Assembly (NCBI GenBank): GCA_964016885.1
Contig: OZ024743.1
Span: 123,814,001 to 123,878,000, forward strand
Source of the DNA: Eledone cirrhosa
Taxonomy: Eukaryota
Length of the DNA stretch: 64,000 nucleotides
Direction of reading: 5' to 3'
In this document: positions 1-13,379 of the stretch, in pieces
Layout: the number at the start of each line of letters is the position of its first letter
How positions within the stretch are numbered: the stretch's first letter is position 1
Position numbers and translations under genes: made by a program
Notes under the pieces: generated by a model
The model's input: only the letters and a program-made list of their open reading frames with translations
What the model was told of the DNA's origin: nothing
Databases searched by the model: none

Positions 1-2464
1 TTCCAGGGTGGTGAGTGTTTCCTTAGGGCAAGGCACGACAGTCAGGCGGTAGTAAGTGACGGATGCTATGTAAATGTTCGCCACCTCCGCCCGGCCTTTT
101 AGGGACAGTTTACACTTGGCCCATTTCTGGGTTAGTGCAAACACCTTGTTCGTAACCTCGTCCCAGTTCTTTTCCACCTGGAGGTCCGGTCCAAACCAGA
201 CCCCAAGCAACTTCACCGGGCCCTCCGTCCAGTGTCCGACGACACCGTCGGGAGGCATCGGTCTGCCTCTCCACGTTCCGAATTGCAGCCCGATGGATTT
301 TTCCCGGTTCAGTTTCGCTCCTGACAACCTTTCGTAATCCTCCAGTAAGGTACCGATCGCCTCGATCTCCGAGTCGGTCGATACCATTACTGTTACGTCA
401 TCGGCGTAGGCCGACACCGCTTTGCTCAATCCTGGTTCCAGGGGGATACCCTGCAACAACTCCAACTTCCTCAGTAAAGGCTCGAGAGTCAATACGTACA
501 GAAGGGAGGAGAGAGGGCACCCCTGTCGAATGGATCGTGTGATTTCGAACGGCTTCGAAAGGTAGCCGTTCACCTTGATCCTAGAACAGATGTGGTTGCT
601 ATGTAAGGCAGTGATCCAGCCTCTGAAAACAGGACCGAACCCAGCCGCCGCTAGCACCGCATCCAGGTAACCATGGTCGACCCTATCGAAGGCCTTAGAC
701 TGATCCAAGTTGATCAGGGCCCCACCGAAGCCGGGTTTGTTGCCAACCCTCTCTATGATGTATCGCATGAGGTGGAGGTTATCGTGAATGGACCTGGATG
801 GGATAGCAGATGTTTGCGCATCTCCCACCAGGCCACCCACGACAAGCGCCAACCTCTTTGCTAACACCTTGGCCAAAATCTTTAACTCTGTGTTTAGCAG
901 GGTTATGGGTCGAAAATTATTTATATTATCCCCCTTGTTCTCGTCCTTCCTCACCAGCGAGACTACGCCCTTGGCTACAGAACAAGGAATTCTCCCGTTC
1001 TGCTGCCAATTGCAGTAGACCGCTTCGAGGAGTTCGGAGAAGAAGACCGGCATTGCTAAATAAAGTTCGTAAGGTATACCATCGAGACCTGGAGATTTGC
1101 GTCTGCTGCATTGGCTCAGCGCATCCCCGATCTCATCAGCCGAGATTGGTCCCTCGCAGGACTCTGCCTCTTCGCTCGAGAGACGCGGCAGGCCGTCGAG
1201 GTATGGACCGAAATCCACGTCCTCGCCCGGACCCTCGCCTCCCCCCGAATAATCGAGCAAAGTGCCTTTGAAAGGCCTCGCACATCTGCTTAGGCTCCCG
1301 GATCACCCGTCCATCCTCGTCTTGCAAAGACCGGATGGTGGATCGATTTCCACTCTTAGCTTCTGTCACGCGGGCCCAGCCAACGGCTTTGGCCCCCTCA
1401 TTACCTAGAGCACGTATTTTACTTCGAATGACGCAGCCTTCGTGCTTTGCATCGAAAAACTGGTTCAATGCCGTCCTCGATGCCAGCACTCTGGCCACAT
1501 CTTCGCTCTTGATTGCCTCTTCTAATTTACCTGTTAATTCTTTCCCGTTTCTATTCCTATCGGCAGCTAACATCTTTCTATAACTTATTGATTCTGTTCT
1601 AATCTCTCTTTTGAGAGATGCCCACCATCGGTTGTTGACGATTGCACCCGTCAACCTCTCCTTAACTAATCTGCTAATCCGGTTTCTGTAAGTCTCTTTT
1701 GCCGGTGAAGACAAATTAAGTTTCCAGTAACCGGGACCCTGTTTATGTGTTTTCTCGAGATTGACTACGCAGGTCACTAATTTGTGATCCGTATAGCCAA
1801 CCGTGCGCATTTCTGGACAGCTTAATATGTCCCTATCCTTACTTCTAACTAAGAATCTATCTAAGTACGATCTAGATTGACCACTATGGTTCGTCCAAGT
1901 CCAGGTTGGCACAGTGGGAAAATCTAGTCGATATCTATCGACCAAGTTAAAACGGTCGAGTAACCCCTTGAGGCTGTTACATCCCCCTCTATTAGGACAT
2001 GCTCCTGCATAGTCCCAACGTGCATCTAGGATGTCATTCCAATCCCCTGCTAGAAGCAGGGAACGCGACGTTCCCAGAAAAGTCTCCAAACGCTGGAAGA
2101 AGTCGGGCCGTTCAGCTCCGAAAGGGGAGTAGACGGCGACCAGTCTCAAGGCCGCACCTTCACAACTGCCAACGTCTAGCACCAACAAACGACCCTCCGG
2201 GTCCGAGTGAACAACCTGTACGGCGAGACCCAGGTGTTTTTCCAGCAGTACGACAACCCCACCCCCACCTCCAGGTTGACAGAGAGAGGCATGCACCTCA
2301 AAGTCATCGAAGGTAGGGGCCAGCTGCCGCACGACGCTGATCCGAGTCTCACAGATAACCATTACATTTATACCACGTGACCTGAGGTCATTTAGAAGCT
2401 TTGCTTGCTTCCAAGTTGAGCCCAGGCCACGTGCATTCAAACATCCTACTCTTAACACATCCAT
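1..2464 (-). pseudogene. Copy A ORF2, APE endonuclease + reverse transcriptase, frameshifted near 1200
   Basis: CLNARGL, CETR, AGDWN, SYLDRF, TDHK, GPGYWKLN; RT motifs RPITLLN, DQSKAFDRVDH, QGCPLS, YADD continue in another frame. Confidence 0.93.
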
Positions 2465-2497
2465 GTGGGCGGCAAAGCCAAAGGAGAGTGTAGAGAC

Positions 2498-4417
2498 CTA
2501 CTTTTCTGCTTCCCAGGGTTCGGGTCGCACGACTTCCATGGGGTCGGGGGTGTTGGGTGAAGGGGTGTCTTGTGGTGGTGTGGGGTCGTCAGTGTGTGGT
2601 GGGGTTGGGGTGTTTGGAGTTGTGTTGGGGAGGGGAATGGGGGGGGGAAAGCTTTTTAGTAGTACGCGGTTTATGGGTTTGACAGAGGGTGGTCCTACGT
2701 CCTCCTTAAAATCCTTTTTTAGTTTTTGGTAGAGGTTCATTGGGATATTTATTAAATGTGGGTAGTTTTCTGAAGAAACAAAGTTTACACCTTCGGTTTG
2801 TACCGAAGGATTATTGTTTATGAGTTCATTTAATTTATTATTGTTTCTGTTGATGTAAGTATAGTGTAATGTCTTTTTTTCGGATGGTGTGAGTGTTTCG
2901 AAGAGGGGAGGGGCAGGTTTGGTTTGGTTTGTTGCTGGAGGGGTGTTTTGTGTTTTGTTGGATTGTGTTGACATTTGGGTAGGGGTTGTTTGGCCTTGTG
3001 TGTTTTGCACATGTTTTCTTTTTTTCCTTTTAATCTGTCTGAAGGACTCCGTTTCTTCCTCCGAATTCGTTGGGTTATCTTCAGTGTTGGAGGGAAGAGG
3101 TAAGTTTTGCTGGTAATGTTTCCGTGTTGGTTTTCTTTGTGGGGGAGATGGATATCACTATGTTAGACTGTGTTGTGTGTTGTGGCTGCGGTGGTTGTGT
3201 TGTTTTATTGAGTGAGGGGTTGGGTGGGACTGTATTTTGTTTTTGGGTAATGTGTTGTGACTGTTTGTGTTGTGGTGGTGGTGTAGTTTTACTGAGGGAC
3301 GGGTTGGGTGGGACTGAGTTTTGTTGTTTGTTTATCTGTTGTGGTGGTGGTGGTGGTGGAGCTGGTGGAGCTGGTGTTGGTAGCAGGGTTTTCTTTTTGT
3401 TGAGTTGGGGACAAGCCGCCTTCAGGTGCCCTCTGCCTGTACAGATATGAAAGGACGGCCTTCTCACCTCCACGCTAATGTTTATATACCCGTGGCACTC
3501 TAATAGGATTCTGTCGGGTATTTGGGCGATGCGTTCAGGCTTCATTTGCACTACAAGTTCTATACCTGTTCCACTGAACGCATTGCCTGTGGTTTTCCCA
3601 ATGGAAATCACGTTGTCATTCGCTGGATCGATGAAGCCAGCTATGAGCCAGGAGTAGTCCACATCTGGCATCATTGCATCCAGCCATATGCGCTGAGTTC
3701 TTTTACCCATATAAGATGGATAAAAGGTAAAATTTGTCGAACGAATCGGTGACAAAGCACATTTTTTTGCCGCCGATTCGTTCTTCATAATAATCGCTAG
3801 GCTTCCATACAGTCTGTCTTTTCTTATGAAAGTGGTTTCATTAAGTACTTCTGTAAGTACTGCTTTGATTTCTGTTTGTGTTGGCTCATGAGGTTTTTTA
3901 GAAATGTTGTTGATGGTGCGGAAAACGACCGTCCGACTTTCAATGTCTTTGGTGAGTTCTTGAGGCATTTTTACCGATAAAATACCATTTTCCCCTTCAG
4001 TTATGTATTGTTTGGCGTCTGTAATTCTTTGTGCCACATCTGAAATATTTTCAGGTATATATGTCAAAGATTTCTTTGTTGTTTGTGCAAATGAAATATT
4101 ATTGGTGTTGACTTTGTCGTCTGCTTTGCTTTCTGTTATAATGTTGTTTTCAAATGTTATTTTTGTGTTTGTCGTGTCTTTGTTTGTGGTATTAATATTG
4201 TCATGCAATTTTTCAATTTTTTATTTTTTCGTTGTTGGAATCAATGTCCAGATTTGTGTTTTCGTCATTTTTCTCCGCAGATTCGTCTGTTTTTATTTTA
4301 TTTTTTTCTTTCCTTCTCTATGACGTTAGTTGGGAAGGAAGGGGGGACTAAAGCGTGCGAGCTTACAACTCTTACCGCTGTCCCCCCACCACTATTTTCG
4401 TTAGCTTCGTTTAACAT
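2498..4417 (-). pseudogene. Copy A ORF1 (gag-like; knuckle, Pro/Thr-rich linker, conserved C-terminal domain), frameshifted
   Basis: Pieces 3081..4208 and 2498..3010; HICTGRGHLKAAC; C-terminal VQTEG..HL..DVGPP..NRVLLK.FP shared with B-D; start inferred at ATG 4417. Confidence 0.8.
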
Positions 4418-4654
4418 TTCTGTCAGACGATTGAAATTTTTATGCCACAAAATTTTTAAAACAGGTTTTTCACCCCTGGGAGGGGCAAAGATGAGCTGAC
4501 CCACTGCCTGACAGTTCAGACAGGGGGTCAAGCTACACAATAGTATCAAAATTAAAATTGAACTTACAAAATTTCCGCAATAAATTTGAACAAAACTTCT
4601 GCGCGAAGTGAATTACATCTACGCTGTAGAACAGACGACAGCTAGATTATAAAC

Positions 4655-4737
<83 letters not shown>
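4655..4737. repeat. (GA)n microsatellite with GATA units at both edges, between Tx1 copies A and B
   Basis: Direct reading. Confidence 0.97.
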
Positions 4738-4739
<2 letters not shown>

Positions 4740-4969
4740 GTTCTATTTATTTGCCACCAAGGCATCAAAGATTGGGACAAATACAAGGGGGGGTAGTTTA
4801 CATACATTTCAAAAAGACGTGTAAAAACATATAACAAATCAAATTCAACAATCGAAGTCCTCAATAGGGAGGGGACGTTGACGTGGGTCGCACAGACACC
4901 CGAAAAAAATGTGCAACCCTCCTCCTCAGGAGCACAAAGAGTGGGTGCTCCCTTCCTCTCCTCTCTCAC

Positions 4970-7900
4970 CTACAGGCTGATATAGAGAGAAGGCCCATTC
5001 ACTCGGGCCATTCTTGACACTTTCACCCACCTTTCATAAAACTTGCTGGGGTAGAGCACCTCTCTCTCCATTCTGATCCTTCTTCTAAAATGGTACTTGA
5101 AAAAAAGGACCAGTTGTTGGCCGGAGATCGAAAAGTGTCTGACCTCAGCCCTTTCAACCTCGTCCACCATACAACCTCTTTCGCCATAGCTATCACGCAG
5201 AGAAAAACTGCCTCTCCTTCGTTTTTGAATGGGGGAGGCGGTTTGATCGTTACAATGTACTCGGTGGTCAACCGGATTGGTCCCACCCGCGACAGTAGTC
5301 GTTCCACATAGCCCCACAGGTCAGCAACACCCGGGCAGTGTACGAATGCGTGCGCGACGATTTCCTCGTCACGTACGCATCTCGGAGAGATCTTCTTCGA
5401 GGGGTCCCTACCTGGGCGCCCTTGCCTGTAGAGCTTGTCCCGAACGAGTAGAGCTCCTCGGTAGCACTGTCAAACCAGGGACTTTTGGAAGTTGTCCATC
5501 GGTCCCGGGCCAAACGTCCTACCGAACAAACTGGCTAGCTCGTCTTCCTCCATGCCCAGAACCTCTCCGAGAGCGTCGTCGCACTTGCTGCGCACCAACC
5601 CTCTATAGAATGTTGAGGTTGAGTCTCCACTGATTGCCGGATCCGCTTGCCAGAGGGCCGTGAGCGCCTGAGCACATTCAATGTGCCAGTCACCCACTTT
5701 TCTCGGTCTTTGCTTGACCCAGGTTTGCAGCTCGGTGAGTGAGACGAGTCTCGGAAAGGCTCGCCTCACGAAAGGGGCCCACACTGTCTGACCGGTGAGG
5801 ATTACCTGGAGGTGCCGTAGCCTTAATGCGTGTCTACGCATCGTCAGCCACGGCATCCCCAGCCCTCCGTTCGAAGGGTGTTGACAGCAGATGGATGTTC
5901 TCACCAAAGGGGCCCGCTTCTTCCAGAGGAATAGGAAGAGCGCGTGCTCCATTTTGGCGAGCGTTTTCGCTGGGCAAGGCACGACAGTCAAGCGGTAGTA
6001 GATGACGGACGCTATATAAGTGTTCGCCACCTCTGCTCGACCTTTCTGGGATAGTTTGCATTCGGCCCACTTCTGGGCGAATGCAAACACCCTGCCCGTT
6101 ACCTCGTCCCAGTTTTTCTCCACCTGGAGGTTCGGTCCGAACTAGACCCCGAGCAGCTTCACCGGTCCCTCCGTCCAGCGTCCGACGACGCCGTCGGAGG
6201 GCATCGGTTTGCCTCTCCACGTTCCGAGTTGCAAACCGACGGACTTGTCCCGTTTCAACTTGGCTCCTGTAAACCTTTCATATTCCTCCAGTAAGGTGCC
6301 GATGTGCCCGATTTCCGAGGCGCACGACACCATTACTGTCATGTCATCGGCGTAGGCCGACACCGCTTTCCGCAATCCCGGCTCCAAGGGGATTCCCTGC
6401 AACAGCTCCAACTTCCGCTGTAGTGGCTCAAGAGCCAGCACATACATGAGGGAGGAGAGAGGGCATTCCTGTCGGATGGATTGCGCGATTTGGAACGGCT
6501 CCGAGAGGTAGCCGTTCACCTTGACCCTCGAGCAGGTGTTGCTGCTGTGCATTACAGCAATCCAGCCCCTGAAAACGGGTCCGAAGCCTGCTGCCGCGAG
6601 CACTGCATCCAGGTACCGATGGTCGACCCTATCGAACGCCTTAGATTGATCCAAGTTGACCAAAGCCGGGTTCGTTCACTACCCTCTCTACGATGTATCT
6701 CATGAGGTGGAGGTTGTCGTGTATGGACCTGGACGGGATTGCGCATGTCTGCGCTTCTCCCACCAGGTTCCCGACGACAAGCGCCAACCTCTTCGCTAAC
6801 ACCTTAGCCAAAATCTTTAACTCTGTGTTTAGCAGAGTTATGGGCCTGAAGTTATCTTTGTCATCCCTCTTGTTCTCGCCCTTCCTCATCAGCGTGACTA
6901 CGCCCTTGGTCACAGAACTGGGAATTCACTCGTTCTGTTTCCAGCTGCAGTAGACCGCCTCGAGGAGATCGGAGAACAAGTCCGGCATCGCTACATAAAG
7001 TTCGTATGGTAGACCATCGAGACCGGGAGATTTGCGTTTGCCGCATTGGCTCAGCGCTTCCCCTATTTCAGCGGCTGGAATCGGCCTTTCGCAGGACTTC
7101 GCCTCCCCGTCCGAGAGCCGCGGCAGACCGTCGAGGTATGGCCCGAAATCCATGGCCTCACCCAGCCCGCCGCCCCTCCCGAACAGTCGTGCAAAGCGCC
7201 GTTGAAAGGCAGCGCACATCCGCTCAGGTTCAAGGATCACACGTCCATCCTGGTCCTTCAGAGACCGAATCGTGGACTTGTTTCCACGTTTTGCCTCTGT
7301 CACTCGGGCCCAGCTAACAGTTTTGGCTCCCTCGTTACCCAGAACACGTATTTTACTCCTGACAACGCAGCCCTCGTGCTTCGCATCAAAGAAGTGGTCT
7401 AAGGCCATTCTTGACGCCAGCACGCCGGCCACGTTGCCACTCCAAATCGCCTCTTCTACTCTATCTATCAATTCCCTTTCAGGTATATTCCTATCTGATG
7501 CTAATTCCTGACTAAAACCTATCGATTTTATTCTAATTTCTCTCTTGAGAGATCCCCACCACCTGCTGTTGACAATTTCCCCCGTCAACCGCTGATTAAC
7601 TAGAGTGCTAATCCGCTTACTGTAAGCTTTGTTTGTCGGTAAGGACAAGTTTAGCTTCCAGTAACCGGGTCCTTGTCTATGGGTTCTATCAAGGTTGACC
7701 ACTCCGGTCACCAACTTGTGATCCGAATAGTCAACCATGATCATTCGTGGACAGCTTAATATGTCCCTATCCTTATTTCTAACTAGGAACCTATCTAGGT
7801 ACGACCTAGATGTTCTGCTACGATTAGTCCACGTCCACAGTGGCACAGTCGGAAAATCTAGTCGATATCTATCGGCCAGATCAAATCGGCCGATTAACTG

Positions 7901-8397
7901 TTTGAGGCTGTTACACCCCACTCTATTTGGACATGCCCCTACATAGTCCCAACGTGCATCCAGGATACCATTCCAGTTCCCCACTAAAAGCAAGGAGCGA
8001 GACGTTCCCAGAAAAGTCTCTAGACGTTGGAAGAAGTCCGGTCGCGGTGTCCCAGATGGGGCATACGCTGCCACCAGCCTGAAGGTTCCACCTTCACTAC
8101 TGCCGACGTTTAGAACCACCAGTCGACCCTCCGGGTCCAGGTGTACCTTCCGTGTTGCGAGGCCCAGGTGTTTTCGCAGCAGAACGACCACCCCGCCCCC
8201 ACCCCCCGGCTGACAGAGAGATGCATAGATCTCAAAGTCGTCGAAGATGGGGGCCAGTTGGTGCTCGCTGCTGATCCTAGACTCGCAAATAGCTATCACA
8301 TCCATTCTGTGTGACCTGAGGTCATTTAAGAGTTTGCCCTGCTTCCGGGACATCCCTAACCGCGCGCATTTAAACATCCAACTCTTATAACAGCCAT
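4970..8397 (-). pseudogene. Copy B ORF2 (APE, RT, C-terminal Cys/His domain), several frameshifts
   Basis: Pieces 6926..8377, 6641..6913, 6142..6663 (YADD), 5470..6123, 4970..5317; ATG at 8397 in ccaacATGG context; ends RVNGPSLYISL*. Confidence 0.92.
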
Positions 8398-8440
8398 GTT
8401 GGTGATGAAGAGTTTAAAGTGGAGAAAAAGGAAAAGACAC

Positions 8441-10208
8441 CTACCTGTCCTTCTCCTGGGGACCAGGCTGCACAATTTCCATGGGCGAGTCGGTGGGTTG
8501 TTTGGTGGGGGTGGGGGTTGGGGGTGTGGTGGGGTGAGGGTGTTTGGTGGGGGAAGGGGTGTATGGGGTGGTGGTGGGGAAACATTTCAACAGGACGCGG
8601 TTGCTAGGTCTAGTACAGGGGTTCCCCACGTCCTCGGGCAAGTTCTGTTTGAGCATTGCGTAGGTGTCCCTTGGGACCCTAATCATTTTTAAATGCGGTT
8701 TAGTCACCGCGTTGGTGAACATTTTCCCTTCGGTTTCCACCGAAGGGTCTTTGTCTATTGTTTGCACAAGTGTTTTGTTGTTTATGTTGATGTATGTATA
8801 CTGTATTTTGTTGTGTTGTGTTTGTTTTTGTTTGTTGTTCTTGTGTGTGTTTGCGTTTTGTAGTATGTGTTATGTTTTCGGGAGGGGTGGGTTTTTTGTT
8901 TGTGTTGTTTGATCTGTTTGTGCTGGTGGTTGTGTGTTTGTTGCATTTTTGTTAATGTGGTGCCTTCTTTTCTTTCTTTTTACAGGTTGAAAGGGTTCTC
9001 CCTCGTCGTCACTGGGTGACGTTGATAAGGGGTCCTCGTCCGTGTTGTTGGGGAGGGGTATATTTTGGGGTTTTGTTGCGGTTGCTTTTGTATTTGTTTT
9101 AGGTGGGGAGGGGTTGGGCGGGACAGTGTCTTGTGTTGTTATTGTTTCGTGTTGTTGTGGTGGTGGTGGTGGTGGTGGTGGTTGTGTTGTTGTGTGTGGG
9201 TGGGCAGAAGCGTCTTTTTTTAGGGGGGGGGGGGGGCATTTAAAAGTGGACAGGAAGCCCTCAGGTGACCACTTCTTGAACAGTGGTAGCATGAAGGCCG
9301 CCTGCCCTCAACAGAAATGTTTATGAAGGCGACTCCATCCAGGGACACACGCTGCGGTATTCTTGCTATCCGTTCTGGTCTCATTTGGACCAGAACTTCA
9401 AGGCTATTGCCGCCGAATACGCCCCCGGTGGATTCGCCTCATCTTCTAAGAATCTCGTTAGCACCCACCAAATGCTCGAGATTCTTATCTTTTGAGTTCT
9501 TTTCCCCAAATATGTGGGGGAAAAGGTGTATGCTTTGGATACAATTGGCGACACAGAATATTTCCGTGCCGCCAATTCATTTTGCATTAAAACAGATATG
9601 CTTCCATACAGTTTCCCTTTCTGTATGAAAGCGATATCATTCCAGGCACTACTTAGGACCAGCTCAATTTCGCTTTGGGACAATTGAGCCGGTTTCCTAG
9701 TCGTGTTCGAAACTGTCCTAAAGATTACAGTCCTGAGGACTGTGTCCCTTCTAATTTCTTCGGGGGAGATAATTGTGGATTCCCCACCTTCTCCAAAAGT
9801 TACACAATTCCTTGCTTCTTTCAGCAATTTCTTGGGATTCGAGATGTCCAGTGCCTTGTATGTCTGCGTTTCTCGGACCGCCTGTGCGAAGGAGACTGCA
9901 GCTGTGGGTCCGTTTTCTTTCGCGTTGTTATCATTGTTGTTGTTGTTGTTGTTATTCGTGTTAGCTTGCTTTTTTCCTTTGTTGGTGTTGTCATTATTGC
10001 TGTTGTTGGTTGTGTTGTTATTGTCATTGTTGTTCTTGTTTGTGTAATTGTTACTTTTGGGGTTTTCACCCATTTCCACAATTTTTTCTTTTGATTCCGT
10101 GGTGTCTTTTGCGGGAGTGAAGAGGGAAGGCTTACAGCGTTGTGCTGCTACCTTCTCTCTATCACTTTCCTTGGGGGGCGTGGCATGCGTCGTATTAATG
10201 GCGTCCAT
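8441..10208 (-). pseudogene. Copy B ORF1, frameshifted
   Basis: Pieces 9381..10235, 8870..9292, 8441..8767; CYHCSRSGHLRASC knuckle near 9250-9292; KRKKRRH basic patch. Confidence 0.82.
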
Positions 10209-10411
10209 TGTCACTAAACGACTTTTTATCGACAACTTATAACTATTAAATTTCGCCCCAAAAAGGGGCGAAATTTATTTTACCCAACGTCTGCAGGCCC
10301 AGGCGAGGGTTTAAACACAACAAATAACAAGTTACTTAAACAAACCTACCGCTTCTCGTAATAAATTCCGACAAAATGCAGGAGCGAAACAAAAACACGT
10401 CTATCTTCTCC

Positions 10412-10516
<105 letters not shown>

Positions 10517-13134
10517 TCATTGACTAATAGATAGATAGATATTTCATATATATTTGCATATCCAAATATATATGCATCTAATATTTCGTATATATATATA
10601 TCTACATATAGATATAGATATATGCAGGTATGTATGTTGATACATTGCATATTCTTCTACATCGTGAAGCAATAAATGCTTAGATTTTCTCCTTTTCTCC
10701 TTTCCTTTTTTTTTTCATTTTGCATTGGGAATTGTAATTACATGAGCAATAATAGATGTGTATTATTTTATATATGCAGGAATTATTCTATGGATTATTG
10801 TATACACACACACATACATACACACATGCACAGGCATATACGCACACATACACACCCATAAGCACACAAACACACACACACATATACATACACACACACA
10901 TACACACATATATACATATATTTATATATATGCCTGTGTTTTTGGTTGTATGTGTTATGTGTGTGTTCCAATATTTCAAGTGGATGTTTACATTGGTTAG
11001 CATATGCAAATATGAATAAATTCGTGTATGCAAGTGTATTCCTATACGGATTTACATATGCAAATGCATCACTCTGCTGTTCTATAAGCTGATTGAGTAG
11101 TTAATGTTGCCAATATGCCTACACCGACAATCTGAATAGTTATTAAATCCTTCGAAATACAATCAATAAAATGAATAAAACAAAAGAACACCCAAGTCAA
11201 ATGATTTTTATCCTCGTTGATACCCTAGAGCGCTTCTCAAATGATATTTTTTGATTGAGTAGGTTACATGTTTCTGAAATATGAATTTGTGTGAAATTAC
11301 TTGAAGATCAGTCAGTAAGATGTTCTTATTTCAATTTTGCCGCTTGTGGCTATGGTAAAAATGTTAAATATAGAGAAGATGAAAGCTAAGTTTGTTAATT
11401 TAATCAAATTGGTAATTTCGTCGCTGAACTGTTTATAACTGCTATTGTCATGGGTGTCGTGTTTTGAAAGGAAGAGATAAAGTAATTTCGTTAAAGGAAA
11501 TATATTTGCTTCTGTTAAAAATAAAGACGTAGTTTTCGGAAAATAACTCAATGGTTAGGATAAAGGACATAGAATTAAGTAGTTGAAATCAAAGGTGTTC
11601 AAGCTGTAATCGTTGAGGGTTTTGTTTGTTTTTTTGTACATTATCCAATGAGATCTTCCTTATTTTTTTGAGACGTTTATGATTTGGTTGCTATTTCTAT
11701 TAAGTCTAACTGCTATGGAGAGGATCCACATTTCGATCATGTATTCTCTGTATTGTTAATGGTAGTGTCAAATGTAAGCATTGGAGTACCTTATGATGGG
11801 ATCGTATCTGCTCTTAAATGAGGTGACGAAGAATTAAAAAGGAAATTCATAAGCCTCTGTATGATTTTACTTTCCCGAAATAGTAACAAAATTACTTCAG
11901 ATTACATTCCCTTGTCTTGAGTTACTGGATAATGTACATAATAACAAAGGGTAATATGATCACAGTTCAAATATCTTTGATCATGGGCCTGCTAGTTTAG
12001 GGCTGTCAGAAACTTGACAGCGATACGATACTAAAATAGTGGTAGGAAGCCAGTAAATGTATATAACTTGAATGTGCATATCTAGAACTTCGGGGTACAC
12101 AGATTATCTCTATATATTTGCTCTTATCGACGCTACCTTCTTATATTAAATCCTTTTTCAAACATTCCCTGCGTTTATAATTTACATAAATGACATTTTA
12201 AAAATCTTTGTGCGCTTCATTTTGTTTTCCGACTTCATGCGTTGGATACGTTGTTTATCAGTTGTTTAAAGTCTAACTATTATTTTAGAGAGGTGAATCT
12301 GTGAGTCATTCGCCTGCATAGTTCTAAGCTAACATGGCATCCGTGTTATCTTAGTATTGTTATTGAGGATGACAAATGGGATGTGGAGTGTATTATGGTG
12401 CCGTCGCATTCGGAAAGAAAAAAAAAGTTGGGTAATACAGTTGCTGAGATTTGAAATATACCCGAACTATTAAATTATCAATTCTGTTGTCGGCCACGAC
12501 TTTTGTCAACAACATAATTGAAAATAACTTGCACTACAATGAGACTAGCTATTTCCTGATGCAATGTGAATTTAGCTTCTTCAAAATGTCTTTATATCTA
12601 CGAAAACGTATTGTAGAAGTTATCTTACCAAGTGGACATGAAAAAGAACGACACTTCGTAAATATCGAAAATATAAGACAAATATTTATTAATACAGTTG
12701 ATCGTTTAGCCTTATGTTAGTCCTACATATACAGCAGAAATGAAATCAAAATCATTCCCGCAATGATCATCTCTTTCTATCAAGAAGTTTAGACCTATAA
12801 CAACCTTATTCAATTTATTCTGCTCTTTTTCAAGACGCTAGAATAAAATTATCTAATCTAATCTAATCTGGCCGAGTTTACACTCGCAAATAAGAACCTG
12901 GGCCGCCTCTAGGAGCATTGGATTTGGTGTACTTCATGTTTGTTTCGGTTTCTGAATACAATCAGGGGTCGCAGCTTCTCCTGAAGGTCAATAGTTCTCT
13001 TCTAACTGGAGCGGGAGCGCCTTTCCATTGTCAATTTGCATTGATCATCTGTAAAGCCGCATTGTTCTCAGAACCACTACACATTTCTTTCGATGCGTGC
13101 AGCTGGAACTACTGCCACCCATTGATTTGGCAAG

Positions 13135-13285
13135 ATTGCAACTCATTTCTACAGCTGAGTAAACTGGAGCAACGTGAAACAAAGTGTCTTGCTCAAGGAC
13201 ACAACACATCACAAGATTCGAGAATCGAACTCACAACCTTTCGATTGCAAGCCCAAGGCTCTAACCACTATTCCATGTGCCTTCT
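13135..13285 (-). mobile_element. tRNA-derived SINE (same family as 18944..19222)
   Basis: Reverse strand reads tagtggttagagc..gagttcgattct..tgtgtccttgagcaagacact. Confidence 0.7.
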
Positions 13286-13379
13286 TGTAATTAAAGCAAC
13301 CACATAGATGCGACCACGTATAAGTGACCACGCAGAGGCTATCTCGCAAGGAATTGATGCCTATAGTAGTTAAATTGTA

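Larger units (their letters stand above)
1..4654 (-). mobile_element. Tx1/L1-clade non-LTR retrotransposon copy A (3' end outside window)
   Basis: ORF1 with CCHC-like knuckle plus APE-RT ORF2; 5' end abuts TATCTAT/(TC)n; homologous to copies B, C and D. Confidence 0.93.

Noticed and set aside
74-2316. Plus-strand ORFs recurring opposite the Tx1 ORF2 copies
   Set aside because: Antisense shadows of GC-rich coding sequence with no independent motifs
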